From NCBI GenBank assembly GCA_951406725.2, contig OX597839.1, positions 17,918,001 to 17,982,000 on the forward strand: a stretch of DNA of 64,000 bases, in the 5' to 3' direction. The notes beneath the pieces are model-generated. The model was given only the letters and a program-made list of their open reading frames with translations. It was not told the DNA's origin and did not search any database. Source of the DNA: Octopus vulgaris (lineage: Eukaryota). Positions within the stretch are counted from its first letter, which is position 1, and the number at the start of each line of letters is the position of its first letter. A program made the position numbers and the translations under genes. Shown here piece after piece: positions 39,472 to 52,585 of the stretch.

Positions 39472-40764
39472 TCACTTCTGTACTACAATGCTTCAAGCAA
39501 ACTACAAAGCTTTTATATATATATTACCCTATGGATTTAATTACTATTTGAACTGATTAACTTGTTAGTAAAAGAAATTTTTTCATAATCCACATCTTTT
39601 CCATATTGAGTTTTTGTGTTACGGTTAACTGTCTGTGTCTTAAAACATTCTGATACATCTTCTCATCAAAATTTATACTACACAAACACATGCATATGTT
39701 TTAAATATTTTTTTTTAAACCAGAGCAATGCAAGTTCTCAAAAATTATTCATACAGGTCAATGGTTTGTACTACTACTTTGTATTTCAATATTTCCAGTT
39801 TAGGACTCCGTTTTTTAGGAAAGTTACTGAGAAAAGGTGTTGATAGCTGATTTCTCTGTTCTATAGTATGTGTGTATAAAAAGGTTTTTTTTCTATTCTC
39901 TTTTTTGAGCAGAGAACTTCATTATCAACCTTTTCTCTAAATTCCTGTAGTAGGGGTCCTGACCCCAAAATCTTGAAATACATATAATAGTTCTAACTAT
40001 CTGCCAGCATTATTAATTTTTTATAACTTGCATTGTCTGGTAAGAAGCTTGCTTCCCAACCACATGGTTCTGGGTTCAGTCCCACTACAGGGCACCTGGG
40101 CAAGTGTCTTCTACTATAGCCTCAAGCCAACTAGAACCTTGTGAGTGGATTTGGTAGATGGAAACTGAAAGAAGCCCATAGTATATATTTGTGTATCTGT
40201 GTTTGCCACCACCCCCAAACCAATTGACAACTAATGTTGGTATGTTTATGTCTCCATAACTTTGATTTGTTTGACTAAAACACCTCAAGGTGGTGCTCCA
40301 GCATGGCCACAGTCAAATGACTGAAACAAGTAAAAGAATAAAAGAATATACTTATATATGTATAAATGAAACAGTCAAGTGAGATGACAGAGGACCGAGA
40401 TGCTTGGTGCCTTGCTGTACTCAAGACCACCCATACTCTGCAGCAGAAGTGTTAAGATTGATCCTTCTGGTGGTGTAAAGCACTCATGGCGGCACCACAT
40501 AAAACCACACATGCAGTGTCTCATAAAAGTACCAAGCACACTCTGTAAGGTGGTTGGCATTAGGAAGGGCATTCAGTCGTAGAAACCACGCCAAACCAGA
40601 CTGGAGTCTCATGCAGCTCCCCAGCTTGCCATCTCTGGTCAAAGCAGCCAACCCATGCCAGCATGGACAACAGACATTAAATGATGGTGATAATGATCAT
40701 CATATATTATCACAGAAACTAATCTATAATATGTAATTATTATATGTGAATATAATAATTTACA

Positions 40765-40928
40765 TAGACACAGGAGTGGCTGTGTGGTAAGTAGCTTGCT
40801 TACCAACCACATCGTTCCGGGTTCAGTCCTACTGTGTGGCATCTTGGGCAAGTGTCTTCTGCTATAGCCCTGGGCCGACCAATGCCTTGCAAGTGGATTT
40901 GGTAGACGGAAACTGAAAGAAGCCTGTC

Positions 40929-40977
<49 letters not shown>

Positions 40978-41208
40978 TGTGTGTGTGTATGTTTGTGTGT
41001 CTGTGTTTGTCCCCCTAGCATTGCTTGACAACCGATGCTGGTATGTTTACATCCCCGTCACTTAGTGGTTCGGCAAAAAGAGACCGATAGAATAAGTACT
41101 GGGCTTCCAAAGAATAAGTCCTGGGGTCGATTTGCTCGACTAAAGGCGGTGCTCCAGCATGGCCGCAGTCAAATGACTGAAACAAGTAAAAGAGTAAAGA
41201 GTAAAGAG
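40765..41208 (+). mobile_element. SINE family A copy (young)
   Basis: Full length with AAAAGAGTAAAGAGTAAAGAG tail. Confidence 0.9.
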
Positions 41209-42332
41209 AGAATCAATGACAGAACAGAAAATCGTGACTTAAGACAAAAAAACTATAACTTGCGGATATCAAGTTCTGACCATTTACAGCAAGAAACACA
41301 ACTTTGCCTCCATTCCATCTTAGAAAGCAATACGTTTCAAAGAGACAAAATTCCAAGAGACAATGGTGGTGTCATGCTGGGGCATGGGGTGGGGTGGTTA
41401 GGGTAACCTGATATAATCAACTAACAAATAGGCCAAAGCTTGACAGTGCTGCCCCAGCATGGCCAGAACAACCAATGACTGACAGTAGTGAAATGATAAA
41501 ACAAATAAATAAATAAGTAAAAACAGAAATGAGAATTCTTTAAGCAGCAGAATCGATACCAGCCGACTAACGGAGCAGCCAACCAGCCAGGATGCTAAAA
41601 ATAAACTTAACATTCACAAAGAATATGAAAAACAAAACAAAAAGAAATAAGAAAGAAACTAGAAAAAATAACAAACACACAAAAAAAACAAATAACCGTA
41701 CAAGCAAACACATAAAAAAAAACATATAACAAAATAGTTTATTAATTGATCTAATGAAAGGAATTTTCTCTTCATTCTTTGAATTTTGTTAAAAAGATAA
41801 AAGAATGTCTTTCCTTTTTCATTGATTCATTTCAGCAGTGTGAAAAAAAAAAAGAAACAAACAAACAAGAAGAAAAAAACAAAGAAAGAAATATATAAGA
41901 AATTATATATTTCTTGGCAAACATGAAAGGCCTAACTGTTGTTCTCGTGAAATCTTTTTAAGTCCTCTATATCACCATTAAAACAGGATTACATCTTTTA
42001 TCAACTGTCATCACAAGTTCTTTAATGTTTCTGGAGTTGAGCAGCCTGATCTAATCATTGCATAGCAGAGGGAGGAGGGGGGTGGTTGGTAAGTGGGTGT
42101 GATTAGATTATATATGTACACACATACACATGCACACATACACACACACACATATATATATATATATACAGGCACATATGTATATACAAACACACACACA
42201 TATATATACAGACACATGTATACACACACACATATACACACACACTCACATACATACACATACATATATGAGTACAGCTGAAGAATATGTGTGTATATCT
42301 TTATCGTATTTATATATATATAATGTGTGTGA

Positions 42333-42376
<44 letters not shown>

Positions 42377-42409
42377 ATATATATATATATCTATATATAT
42401 ATATATATA

Positions 42410-42446
<37 letters not shown>

Positions 42447-43547
42447 GTAGATATACACACATTTATACCTATATATATATATATTCATATGTATACACAT
42501 ACACATGTACATATATTCCCATAGTTTTCGTCATTCATTAGTATCTTAAGATATGTTCAGGTACTCTGAATCCGTGTGTGCATGTGTGGTGCGTGTTCAA
42601 CAGTGTGACTTTGTTCATTCATCAGTCTCCTAAGATATGCTCAGATAACTCTGCGTACATATGTGTAAATTAGTGTACATATGTTTCTACTTTTGTATGT
42701 GTGTGCTCACACACGTGAGTATCTGTATATGCGTATGTGTGCATGTTTTCTTTACATGGAGCTTTTGAGAAAGTGTGTGGAGGTGGTTCTATATTTTACA
42801 GGTGAACAGATAATTTCCCTACCTGCCAACCATGTCATTTTCAAGATTGCTTCAAGTGGTTCCACATCTGATCCCTTGGTGGGGGAACCATGTTACTTTT
42901 TACTATTAATTTGAATAAACAATACTTTATGAATGGAATTTGGTAATACAGTTCTATATTTCTGAGATGAAGAGGGCTGAAGCATAGACAGCCAAAATGT
43001 TGTGAAAGCAACAATGAAGATGATGACACCAGTCCAACTTAGGTGAACAGTGTACATGGAATCTGTATGGAAACCATTCATGCATGTGTGTGTGAGTGTG
43101 TGTGTGTGTGTAAAAAGCATCCAGTACACACTGTAAAGTGGTTGGCATTTGGAAGGGCATCGAACTGTAAAAACCATGCCAAGACTGACCTCATCTGTGC
43201 TGGTGCCATGTAGAAAACACTCAGTCAACTCTGCATGGTGGTTGGTGTTAGGAAGGGCATCTAGATATAAAAGCCATTCCAAAATAGACACAGGAGCCTG
43301 GTGTAGTCTTCTACCTAGCTGGCTCCTGTCAAACCATCCAACCCATGCCTGCATGGAAGGTTAAATGATGATGATGAGATATATATATATATTTTTTTCT
43401 CTCCTTGTTTTTTCTGTGTACCTTTCTGTTGAAGAGCGTAGGCTCGAAACGTAAAAGACTTCTTCTATTCCTGAGCGCTATACTAATACATCTGTTTGTT
43501 TGTACACCACCTGCCTTCGTCTTTTGTTTATTTTTGTAAACTTTCCC

Positions 43548-43625
<78 letters not shown>

Positions 43626-43793
43626 TATATACATATATATATGGAGAAAGATTTTCTTAAATAGAAATTATTAATTATATAAAAGAATTCTTAAAAATTT
43701 ACACTGACATGAACCTTTTGGAGGAAAGATTTCATGTTGTGTGTAAGTGCTTTCCTGTTTATTTTTTAAACGCACGTTATGGGGTGGGGTTTG

Positions 43794-43853
<60 letters not shown>

Positions 43854-44095
43854 CAATCTCATTGGTTCTGGTGAAAGCCGCTGGTGAATGAGTAGAAACA
43901 ACATAGGTTTCAAAAAATCCTTTAGTCTTACCAATGACATGGCAGACTCTGCAGTGTTGATTCTATGATAAAGTGCACCCACCACATAACTGATATATAT
44001 ATATATATATATATATATACATGGTGCACTGAATAAAAATGTTGTAAAGCCTATAACAAGTAATATACTAAGATATATATATATATATATATATA

Positions 44096-44464
44096 TCTAT
44101 ATAAACGGCAGTTTGTCTGTGTGTGTTTCTGTGTGTCTGTTTGCTTGTACCCTCACCCTGACCACGGCTTTCAACCGATTCTGATGAAACTTGACACACA
44201 CATAGCCCAATGTCATAATTCAAAACTAACGCAGCGAAAATTTTGAAAAGTTCCCCCAGTTCTGAAAAAGATCGATAAATTCGACATGGGGTCGACAATC
44301 AGAAACACAAACCACAGATGGTCTAGGGGACGCAGCTCGACCTTTTTAACTATCAAAAAAAAATTTACCATAATTTTTTTCCCCATTTTTTTGCTATAAC
44401 TCTCTAAAAATGCTTTATAGTTATTTCCCTTACAAACCCGAGCAACGCCGGGCGATACTGCTAG
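44096..44464 (+). mobile_element. Non-autonomous Helitron
   Basis: 5' TC start (TCTATATAAA), 3' GC-rich hairpin CCCGAGCAACGCCGGG about 8 nt before the terminal CTAG, inserted between A and T in a (TA)n tract with no TSD; CpGs retained. Confidence 0.85.
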
Positions 44465-45035
44465 TATATATATATATATCTTTATTCATTTATTCATTTA
44501 ATTGAAACTGCAGCATTAAGTTATCATCACACTGAGTTACCAATTTCTGTTCTCCCTTGAATCCTGAACTTTGAGCAAATGTATAAACTCTGTTTCTTGT
44601 ACTTGTTTTGTAAAGCTATTTCTCCTCTTTGTACATTGAAATACACAGACACACACGAGATATATATATGTATATATATGTATATATTATGTGATTGTGT
44701 GTGTACATATGTATATGAGAGCTCTTTGATTTACTTCATCAACATTTGAATAAGATGTGCTTTTCTCTGTGGATTTTTATCATTTTAGCCGTAGCTGACA
44801 TGAGGGGTGCACATTTCTGGCTATGTATGTATCTATATTTCTTCTGTATGCATATGTTTTATTCATATATTTTTATCTTTAATTTCCATTATCATAGTGA
44901 TGATATGGTGAATGAGAAAAATTCAATGGATTGCATTGTAAACTAATGCATGCCTTCTTCTTTTTGTTGTGTTCAACGAAACATGCTTACTTACTTACTT
45001 ACATACATACATACATACACACACACACATTACAT

Positions 45036-45089
<54 letters not shown>

Positions 45090-45119
45090 TACATACATAC
45101 ACACACACACACATTACAT

Positions 45120-45150
<31 letters not shown>

Positions 45151-46705
45151 TTACATACATACACACACACACACACATTCCATACATACACACACACACA
45201 CATTACATACATACATAGATACATACATACATACTTGAATGTTTGTTTGTAACTCTCTGGCTTTTGCATACTAAATTACATAATAATTACCTTAGGAAGT
45301 AGAGTTACATATTATTCCATACATCATCCTGTGGTGCCCCTGGACACATCACCAGTGATATTTTCTAGGGTTGTTAGGTGTTTCAGATCTTTCCTCATCA
45401 GACACCATCACCCAGGCAACCCAGCCAGGGTTAGTCAGCTCCCAGCTTGTATCTAATTACCACTAACCCTGGAAGCACTGCCCCATCCTGGGCTCACACA
45501 TCTGGATACACATCCACTACTTTTTCTATAATCTGATTAGCGACCAATTAACACACACACACAGAAAGAGGCTGGTGTTTCTCTATGTTGGCAAGATTTA
45601 TGTTGTGTAGTAAAACTGATTAAACAGAGTACAGTGAACTTGCTGTGAGGAATGGAAAATACTGTGTCTCAGACTGAGCCCTTGTTCATGAAGAAGCAGA
45701 AAGGAGAGAAATTAATGAGACACAGAAGAGTTTTACATCCTCTCAGTTAAAAAGCAAATTGGCTACAACCAATATACATATGTATATGTAGTGAGAGTTT
45801 ACGAAAAGAACAAAAGACAAAGACAGGTGGTGTACAAAACAAACAGATGTATTAGTATAACGCTCAGGAATAGAAAAAGTCTTTTACGTTTCGAGCCTAC
45901 TCTCTTCTACAGAAAGGAACACAGAAAAAAAACAAGGAGAGAAAAAAATGTGTGTAGCGGCTAATCTATTAATTATTAGTGACAGTAGCAGAATTAATAT
46001 CATTAGGTAAACTTTATATCCAACTTAACATGGATGCTTTGTTAAAACACTGAATAATGTTGTTATTAAAACTTGGGATATCTTCTCATATAAGTAGTGC
46101 TTGGTGCATAAAAGCCTACACATAGATCATGGCAGATGAAATTTGTCTGTCAGGGACACGGTATTCAGTGTTCATGTTAAGTTGGATATACAATTACTTT
46201 TTACATACTTATATCATTGGTAGTTCATATTTCTGAAAAAGAAGCACACCCTAAGGGGATGTACCTTGGGCCAATTGAGTCTGACAAGTTGCCTATTATG
46301 GCTAAGCACTTTATAGGCGTCAAGCCAATGGTCACTCTCTGATTGGGCATAGAAATCAGCTTCCTAAAACACACACACACACATAGATATTCACATAAAT
46401 ATGCATGCTCACACACACAAATTCAATAAACAAGAGTCAATTGAAACAGCTGTTGGAAACAAATTATGAGTCAGCATTCCTGTTGTCTATTCTTCTAAAT
46501 ATGTTGCTCTAAATTATTATTTTAGCTATCGTTCTGTGTCTCTGCATGCAAGTTTGCAATAATGAATGTATTGAATATATTGGTGTTTAATGAGATGTTG
46601 ATAATTGAGCTCTTGAATGTTATGGATATATCTTATGATGTTTATACATCGTCATAGTACAAACATATATGCATGTGTGTGTGTATATATATATATATAC
46701 ATTGA

Positions 46706-46941
46706 GGGCGGCGAGCTGGCAGAGACGTTAGCGCGCCGGGGCAAAATGCTTAGCGGTATTTCGTCTGTTGTTACGTTCTGAGTTCAAATTCCGCCAAGGT
46801 CGACTTTGCCTTTCATTCTTTCGGGGTCGATAAATAAAGTATCAGTTTCGCACTGGGGGTCGATGTAATCGACTTAATCCCTTTGTCTGTCCTTGTTTGT
46901 CCCCTCTATATTTAGCCCCTTGTGGGTAGTAAAGAAATAAG
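46706..46941 (+). mobile_element. tRNA-derived SINE family B (young subfamily)
   Basis: GGCGGCGAGCTGGCAGA head, GAGTTCAAATTCC B box, central GCCTTTCAT(C/T)CTTTCGGGGTCGATAAA..AAGTA(C/T)CAG domain; near-identical copies at 58944-59170 and 21286-21450. Confidence 0.9.
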
Positions 46942-48411
46942 GAATTCCCTACAGTTTCCACCCACTAAATTTAGTCACGAGACATTGGTTGTCCTGGTGC
47001 TATAGTAGAAGATGCTTGTCCAATGTGCTGCACCATGGAACTGAACCTGAAACCACATGGTTGCAAAACAGGCTTCTTAACCACACAACCAGGCCTGTGC
47101 CTATGAATGCATAGAAGAGTTACTGGTGGGTAGGGGATGGGGAGATTTTCATAAATCAAAAATTTCTTGGCTTATCACATCAAGCATATTAGTTCTCATT
47201 TAACTGTACATACAACACATATGTGAATATATCTCTAAATAACAATCTGGAAAAGCTGGGGTTCTCAGAAAAATAGAATTTCAACCAGCTAATATGCACA
47301 TTACAAACATGATCTGTAAGTGGAATAGTTAAAATGTGCAAGACTGTTTTCAAGTTCAAGATGTGAGTTTGTTTTTGTTATCTACTTTCCAATGATGTAG
47401 CTTTGTATCTTTGTTGGAAATCAGCTTCTTCCCTACTGGAAGACTTCACATAATTAAAAATAGAAGAGAACACACACACACATTATTTGTGGGAGTGAAA
47501 ATCCTGTAAATATGTGAGTAATACATATGCATGTATTGGAAATGTGTCAAATCTCATGTATGTATGTATGTGTGTATATATATACATACACATTATATAT
47601 ATATATAATGTGTATGTATATATATATACACACACACACACATATGTATGTATTTGTATATGCGCATGTCTGTGTTCTGGCCAAGATTTCAAACACTTGC
47701 CAGCTATATGTTTCACTGTTTTTATCAAACATACAATTAACAATTGCGATTTGGCTACAGAAGCTCTTTATATTTCCAGGTACAGATCTACACACACACA
47801 CACATATCAACAACAATAATAAAATATGTTTGATTTTGAACATAGTTCTGAGTATTGAAATGTATACTGTTTGTGCATGAATGTTTGTAATTTTAAACAT
47901 GTACACACACATACATACCCAAGCTTATACATAAAGATATGACTGCATATAGATATATATATATATGCATATGTAAATATATATGTGTGTGTATGCACAT
48001 ACTTATGTATACATACACACATATATATAGAGAGAGAGAGAAATGCAAGCATGTCTATGTGGTTAAGAAATTTGTTACCCAACCACTATCGTGCAGGTTC
48101 AGTCCCACTGCAGGCATCTTCTACTCTTGCCCTGGACCACCTTGAGAATGGATTTATTTAAGTGAAATTAAAAGAAGCTCATTATATATATATATGGTTT
48201 TTCTTTTTCATAAGCTTAAAGTGATCACCGTGCAGATCACTAAGGAAAATAGTCTAATAATGGGGCATATAAGCCCTTGACAGAAAAAGTAGGCTTTCCC
48301 ATACACATAAGACTCAAACCCACATCCCTTTGTTAATGCGACTAAGTGTGTTACCGATTACACCAGCAAACCAGGCTGCTCCTTTCTGTCAAATTTAAGA
48401 ACTATTTGCAC

Positions 48412-48460
<49 letters not shown>

Positions 48461-48687
48461 CTTAAAGTTTATAAGTGATCACCATGCAATGACTACAGAT
48501 GGAAAAAAGGTAGGGTTTTTGTATGCATGGGAGAACCCTACCTTTTCCCATCAAGGGCTTATATGCCCCAATATTAGACTATTTTCTTTAGTCATTACAC
48601 AGTGATAGCTTACAAGCTTTAAGCTTATGAAATATTATTATTATCATTTACAGAATTGTAAAAAGTGATGCTACTCAACAAAAACCA

Positions 48688-48726
<39 letters not shown>

Positions 48727-49893
48727 CTTATTGATTTTTTTTCTCATGTCTTTGATTCTTTTTTTCATGTCTGAAAGTATTGTAGTTGACTGGTCCTTTA
48801 GTTCTTTAATATATTTTCAGCTTGTCTGTTTAAGTCTCAATCAGCTCTAATGAAAAACATTAGTTCATCTGTTATTAATTAGCATGGCTTATAAAAGACA
48901 TTTATTTTGCTTTACCATTGTCTTGTTTATACATTTTTTCATATTTCATTACTTTTATTTTGTTGTATCTTGGAAGGGTCATTATCCCAATAATAAACAC
49001 ATGCACTGACTATATTTCAGTTTATTTTTATTATAATTATAATTATTATGGCAGTGAGCTGGCAGAATCGTTACTGCACCAGGAAAAATACTTAACAGCA
49101 TTTTGTCTGTCTTTACATTCTGAGTTCACATTCTGCCGAGGTCAGTTTTACCTTTCATCCTTTCAGGGTCGATAAAATAAGTACCAGTTGTGTACTAGGG
49201 TCAATGTAATTGACAATGCCCTCCTACAAATTTCAGGTCTTGTGCCTATAGTAGAAAGGGTTATTATTATTATCAGTCAGTTGGTTAACCAATTAACCAA
49301 TTGACTAATTGATTAACCATTCATGCAATCAATCACTCAGTTAGTCCTTTTATTGCCATCCATGACCTCACTAATGACATGTCATCTCTACTCTGCCAGT
49401 TATTAGGCATTGCTGATTTCATGCTGACTTGCTTGACACCAGATGTTTTAATGTTTCTCTTGTTACATCACTTCTCTGCCTCACTCTGTCCTCCTCTCCC
49501 TGTGTGTGAGCATATTTCCTTTCATGTGTATGAGGAGAGGGCAAAATATTTATATCAATCATTTTCAATTTAAAAATTATAAAGTCTCTCTCTCTATCTT
49601 TCATTCAGTATGTATATATTTCTGTATATATTTCTCTGTGTGTTTGTCTAGTCAGCTGTGCTCAATAAGTATTGTCCAGACAGTTGTACCAAACCGTCTC
49701 ATTCTGCTTGGAAAGATTACTTCTGTGTGCAGAAACATGTAATCAGCCATGACTGAGGGTGGCCCTAGATCCTATTTCTTTAGACCAACCAATACAATTT
49801 ACATACATAATTTCCTAATTCTGTGTACCAGCCAATTATATACCCTATGTCAGTCTTTCCTCACCACTCTGCTTCTTAATTTTTGGTCTAGAG

Positions 49894-50157
49894 CTGTGGT
49901 TTTCAATCATTTTTTTGCCTATGGACCCCTTTGATTCCTATTTTACTCGAATGGACCCTTATAGCCATTCGATGTCTAAAAATCCTATTACATTTTTATA
50001 AATAAATATTATTAGGAATTGTATGCAAAAAATTAAAATATTTTGTGCATTGTAGAAGTATAACCAATTTATTGCACATAAATTTTAACAACAGAATCTT
50101 ATATAGATCCCACCCCCACCCAACAAGGGTCATATGGATCCTGATTGAGAATCATTG
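49894..50157. mobile_element. hAT (Charlie-like) MITE, copy 1
   Basis: Degenerate C(A/T)GTGGTT..CAA termini, TCTAGA-like target site, colinear similarity to 50270-50503. Confidence 0.65.
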
Positions 50158-50269
50158 ATCTAAATCTATGAACAAAGGCAGTTTTTGCCTTGACCATCAT
50201 ACCATTCTCCATGTCATTGGATATTTTATTCACATGATGGTGATTAGCATAGAATCAGTGATGTTAGAC

Positions 50270-50503
50270 CAGTGGTTCCCAACTAATTTTTGCCTATAGA
50301 TCCCTTTAATTTGCATTTTACTCAACTGGACCTTAATAACCATTTGAAGTTTTAAAAATCCTATTGTATTTTTATGATAAATATTATTAGGAATTGTTTA
50401 AAAAAATTGTTAAAATATTTTGTGCATTGTAGAAGTACAACCAGTTTATTGCACATAAATTTTAATGACAAAATCTAATATGGACCCCAGCTGAGAACCC
50501 CTG
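50270..50503. mobile_element. hAT (Charlie-like) MITE, copy 2
   Basis: CAGTGGTTCCCAAC ... GCTGAGAACCCCTG termini; same family as 49894-50157. Confidence 0.7.
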
Positions 50504-50511
50504 GCCAAGAG

Positions 50512-50542
<31 letters not shown>

Positions 50543-51759
50543 AAGAGTGTGTTTATTTATTTTAAATACTTCATTCCCTATTTTACAACAAATTTAGTCT
50601 TGAAATACTGAAAATTGCATAATAAAACTGGTGAAAGAGCAATAGCAACATTATGTGTCTTCACGAATTTGAGCCTATATGAGACCTAATGATGCAATTA
50701 TAGCAATTAACCAACCAATCTAGAGGAAAATAAGATTTAATCTGACCAAAAAAATATCATTAAGCAAGTTTTAATTATTCAGAATCCATTGGGTAAATTC
50801 TAAATGGGTTTTTTTCCCCCATTTTGTTTTGTTTTTCTTTATTTTCGTGTATAATTGATTTGTTTGTTTTCATTTTTTAATTTCATGTCATAATTAGTTA
50901 GTACTAGCATCGTTGGTTACAGGTGTCTAATGGACCAATTGCTAATGAAACGAACAGGATAATTAATCTGCATGTATTTCGTTCGGTGATGTCACAAGCT
51001 CTGCTTACAGAACGACTCCCTCACATTGTCAATTACATTTCAATTTTGCATGTCTTTGCATCACTTTCTCTCTTTTTTTCCTTTCTCACTTGTTTGGCCA
51101 ATGGCTAAACTGTTCTTGGAGTATCTTGCAAAAGACACTTTTCATTTCTGATATTCACTTGTTTCAGTAAATTATTGTCGTTGAGACTGAGATCAATATT
51201 AATTAAACAAATCTATAAACAATATTTTTATTGTTTATCTTTTATTTGTTTCAGTCATTAGAACCATGGCCATGCTGGGGCCACTGCCTTGAAGGATTTT
51301 AGTCAAACAAATTGACCCCAGTGCTTTTATTTTTTTCTTTAAACCCTGATACTTATTCTATTGGTTTCTTTTGCCAAACCATTAAGTTACAGGGACATAA
51401 ACACACTAACACCGGTTGTCAAGCAATGGTGGGGGGGACACAAAGACACACACACACACACATATATATAAACAACAGGTTTCTTTCATTTTCCATCTAA
51501 CAAACCCACTCACAAGACTTTGGTCAGCCCAAGTTTATTGTAGAAGACTTGCCCAAGATCACATGCAGTGGGACTGAACCTGGACGTGTGTGGTTGGGAA
51601 GCAAACTTCTTACCACATAGCCATGCCTGTGCTTATATGACCAAACAGATATAATAGATTGTTAGATAAATTCACTTTTTTTTTGGGTGGGGGTGTTCCA
51701 TTTATTTTAATTCTTATATTTCATCAATGATTTTAACAAATTAGTCAATAATTTACTCC

Positions 51760-52585
51760 CCCTTCTTTATTCACACATTCTTGACATTCCACTAGCTTGT
51801 CAATGCCTTGATTGCAGAAATCATCAAGTCTTGAATCAATTCATCAAACCACTATTTTCAGCTCTATGTCATTGCTGAACAAAACACCTTGCAGACTGTT
51901 GGAAAACTACCAGAAAAAGATGATAATTTGAAATCGCTAGATCAGGAGAATACTGTGGGTGCAGTATAATGTCCCAACCAAGTGTTTGAATAGCATTTTT
52001 TATCCAGTTAGTGGTGAAGAGGTGAACATTGTCATGCTAAAGAAGCACACTGTGTCATTAGTTAGGCCATTTCAGCAGGATTGCCCATCAAGTGAAGGTG
52101 ATGGTCAGCGGTATAATAAGAGTATCCTATCTGGTGAGCGGATTCCCTGATGGACTAGTGAAAATCCTTGTGGGTGATCTCATTCAATCAACCATCTTTG
52201 AACTGGATAAGTCAGCTAGAAGAGGGAAAGTTTATAAAGGTGAACTTCTCCTCCTTGAAGCATGAAAATCATTTCTGTGTGCAATTGCCTCAGTAACAAT
52301 ACGTTCACATACACAACACCAATGTCTTGAGTGGTTTTGGCAGCTTTGGAACCTTGACTGTAAATGCAGAGAAGCAGGGGTTGGAAATGTTCAACTTTTT
52401 TTCTGCTTGGCACTCCATTGTCTTATATCTGAAAAGAAATAAAATTCATACTTCAAAAACAATAAACAAAAGTTGTAGAGGAAGAATAGAGCTACAAAGA
52501 TCCACAAAGCACTACAGTAAAAATATTTTTCTTGTAAATTCAAATTGCATTGGAAAGAAACAAAGAAAATTACCTGACAACTCTT
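51760..52585 (-). pseudogene. Degraded mariner (DD34D-type) transposon
   Basis: Minus strand gives MECQAEK/VEHFQPLLLCIYSQGSKAAKTTQDIGVVY (N-terminus, from 52418), HDNVHL, and HPQYSPDLAISNYHLF (51961-51914; mariner YSPDLAPSDYHLF motif); frameshifts, stops and an internal deletion. Confidence 0.85.

Noticed and set aside
42802-42914. Plus-strand acceptor TTTTACAG followed by GEQIISLPANH...
   Set aside because: Stop after 37 codons, no recognisable homology, no partner exons
44181-44195. CTGATGAAAC inside the Helitron as a hammerhead
   Set aside because: No stem II between the two core elements and no supporting stems
46706-46795. tRNA gene
   Set aside because: A/B boxes belong to a SINE head; no cloverleaf acceptor stem, and it continues into the SINE body
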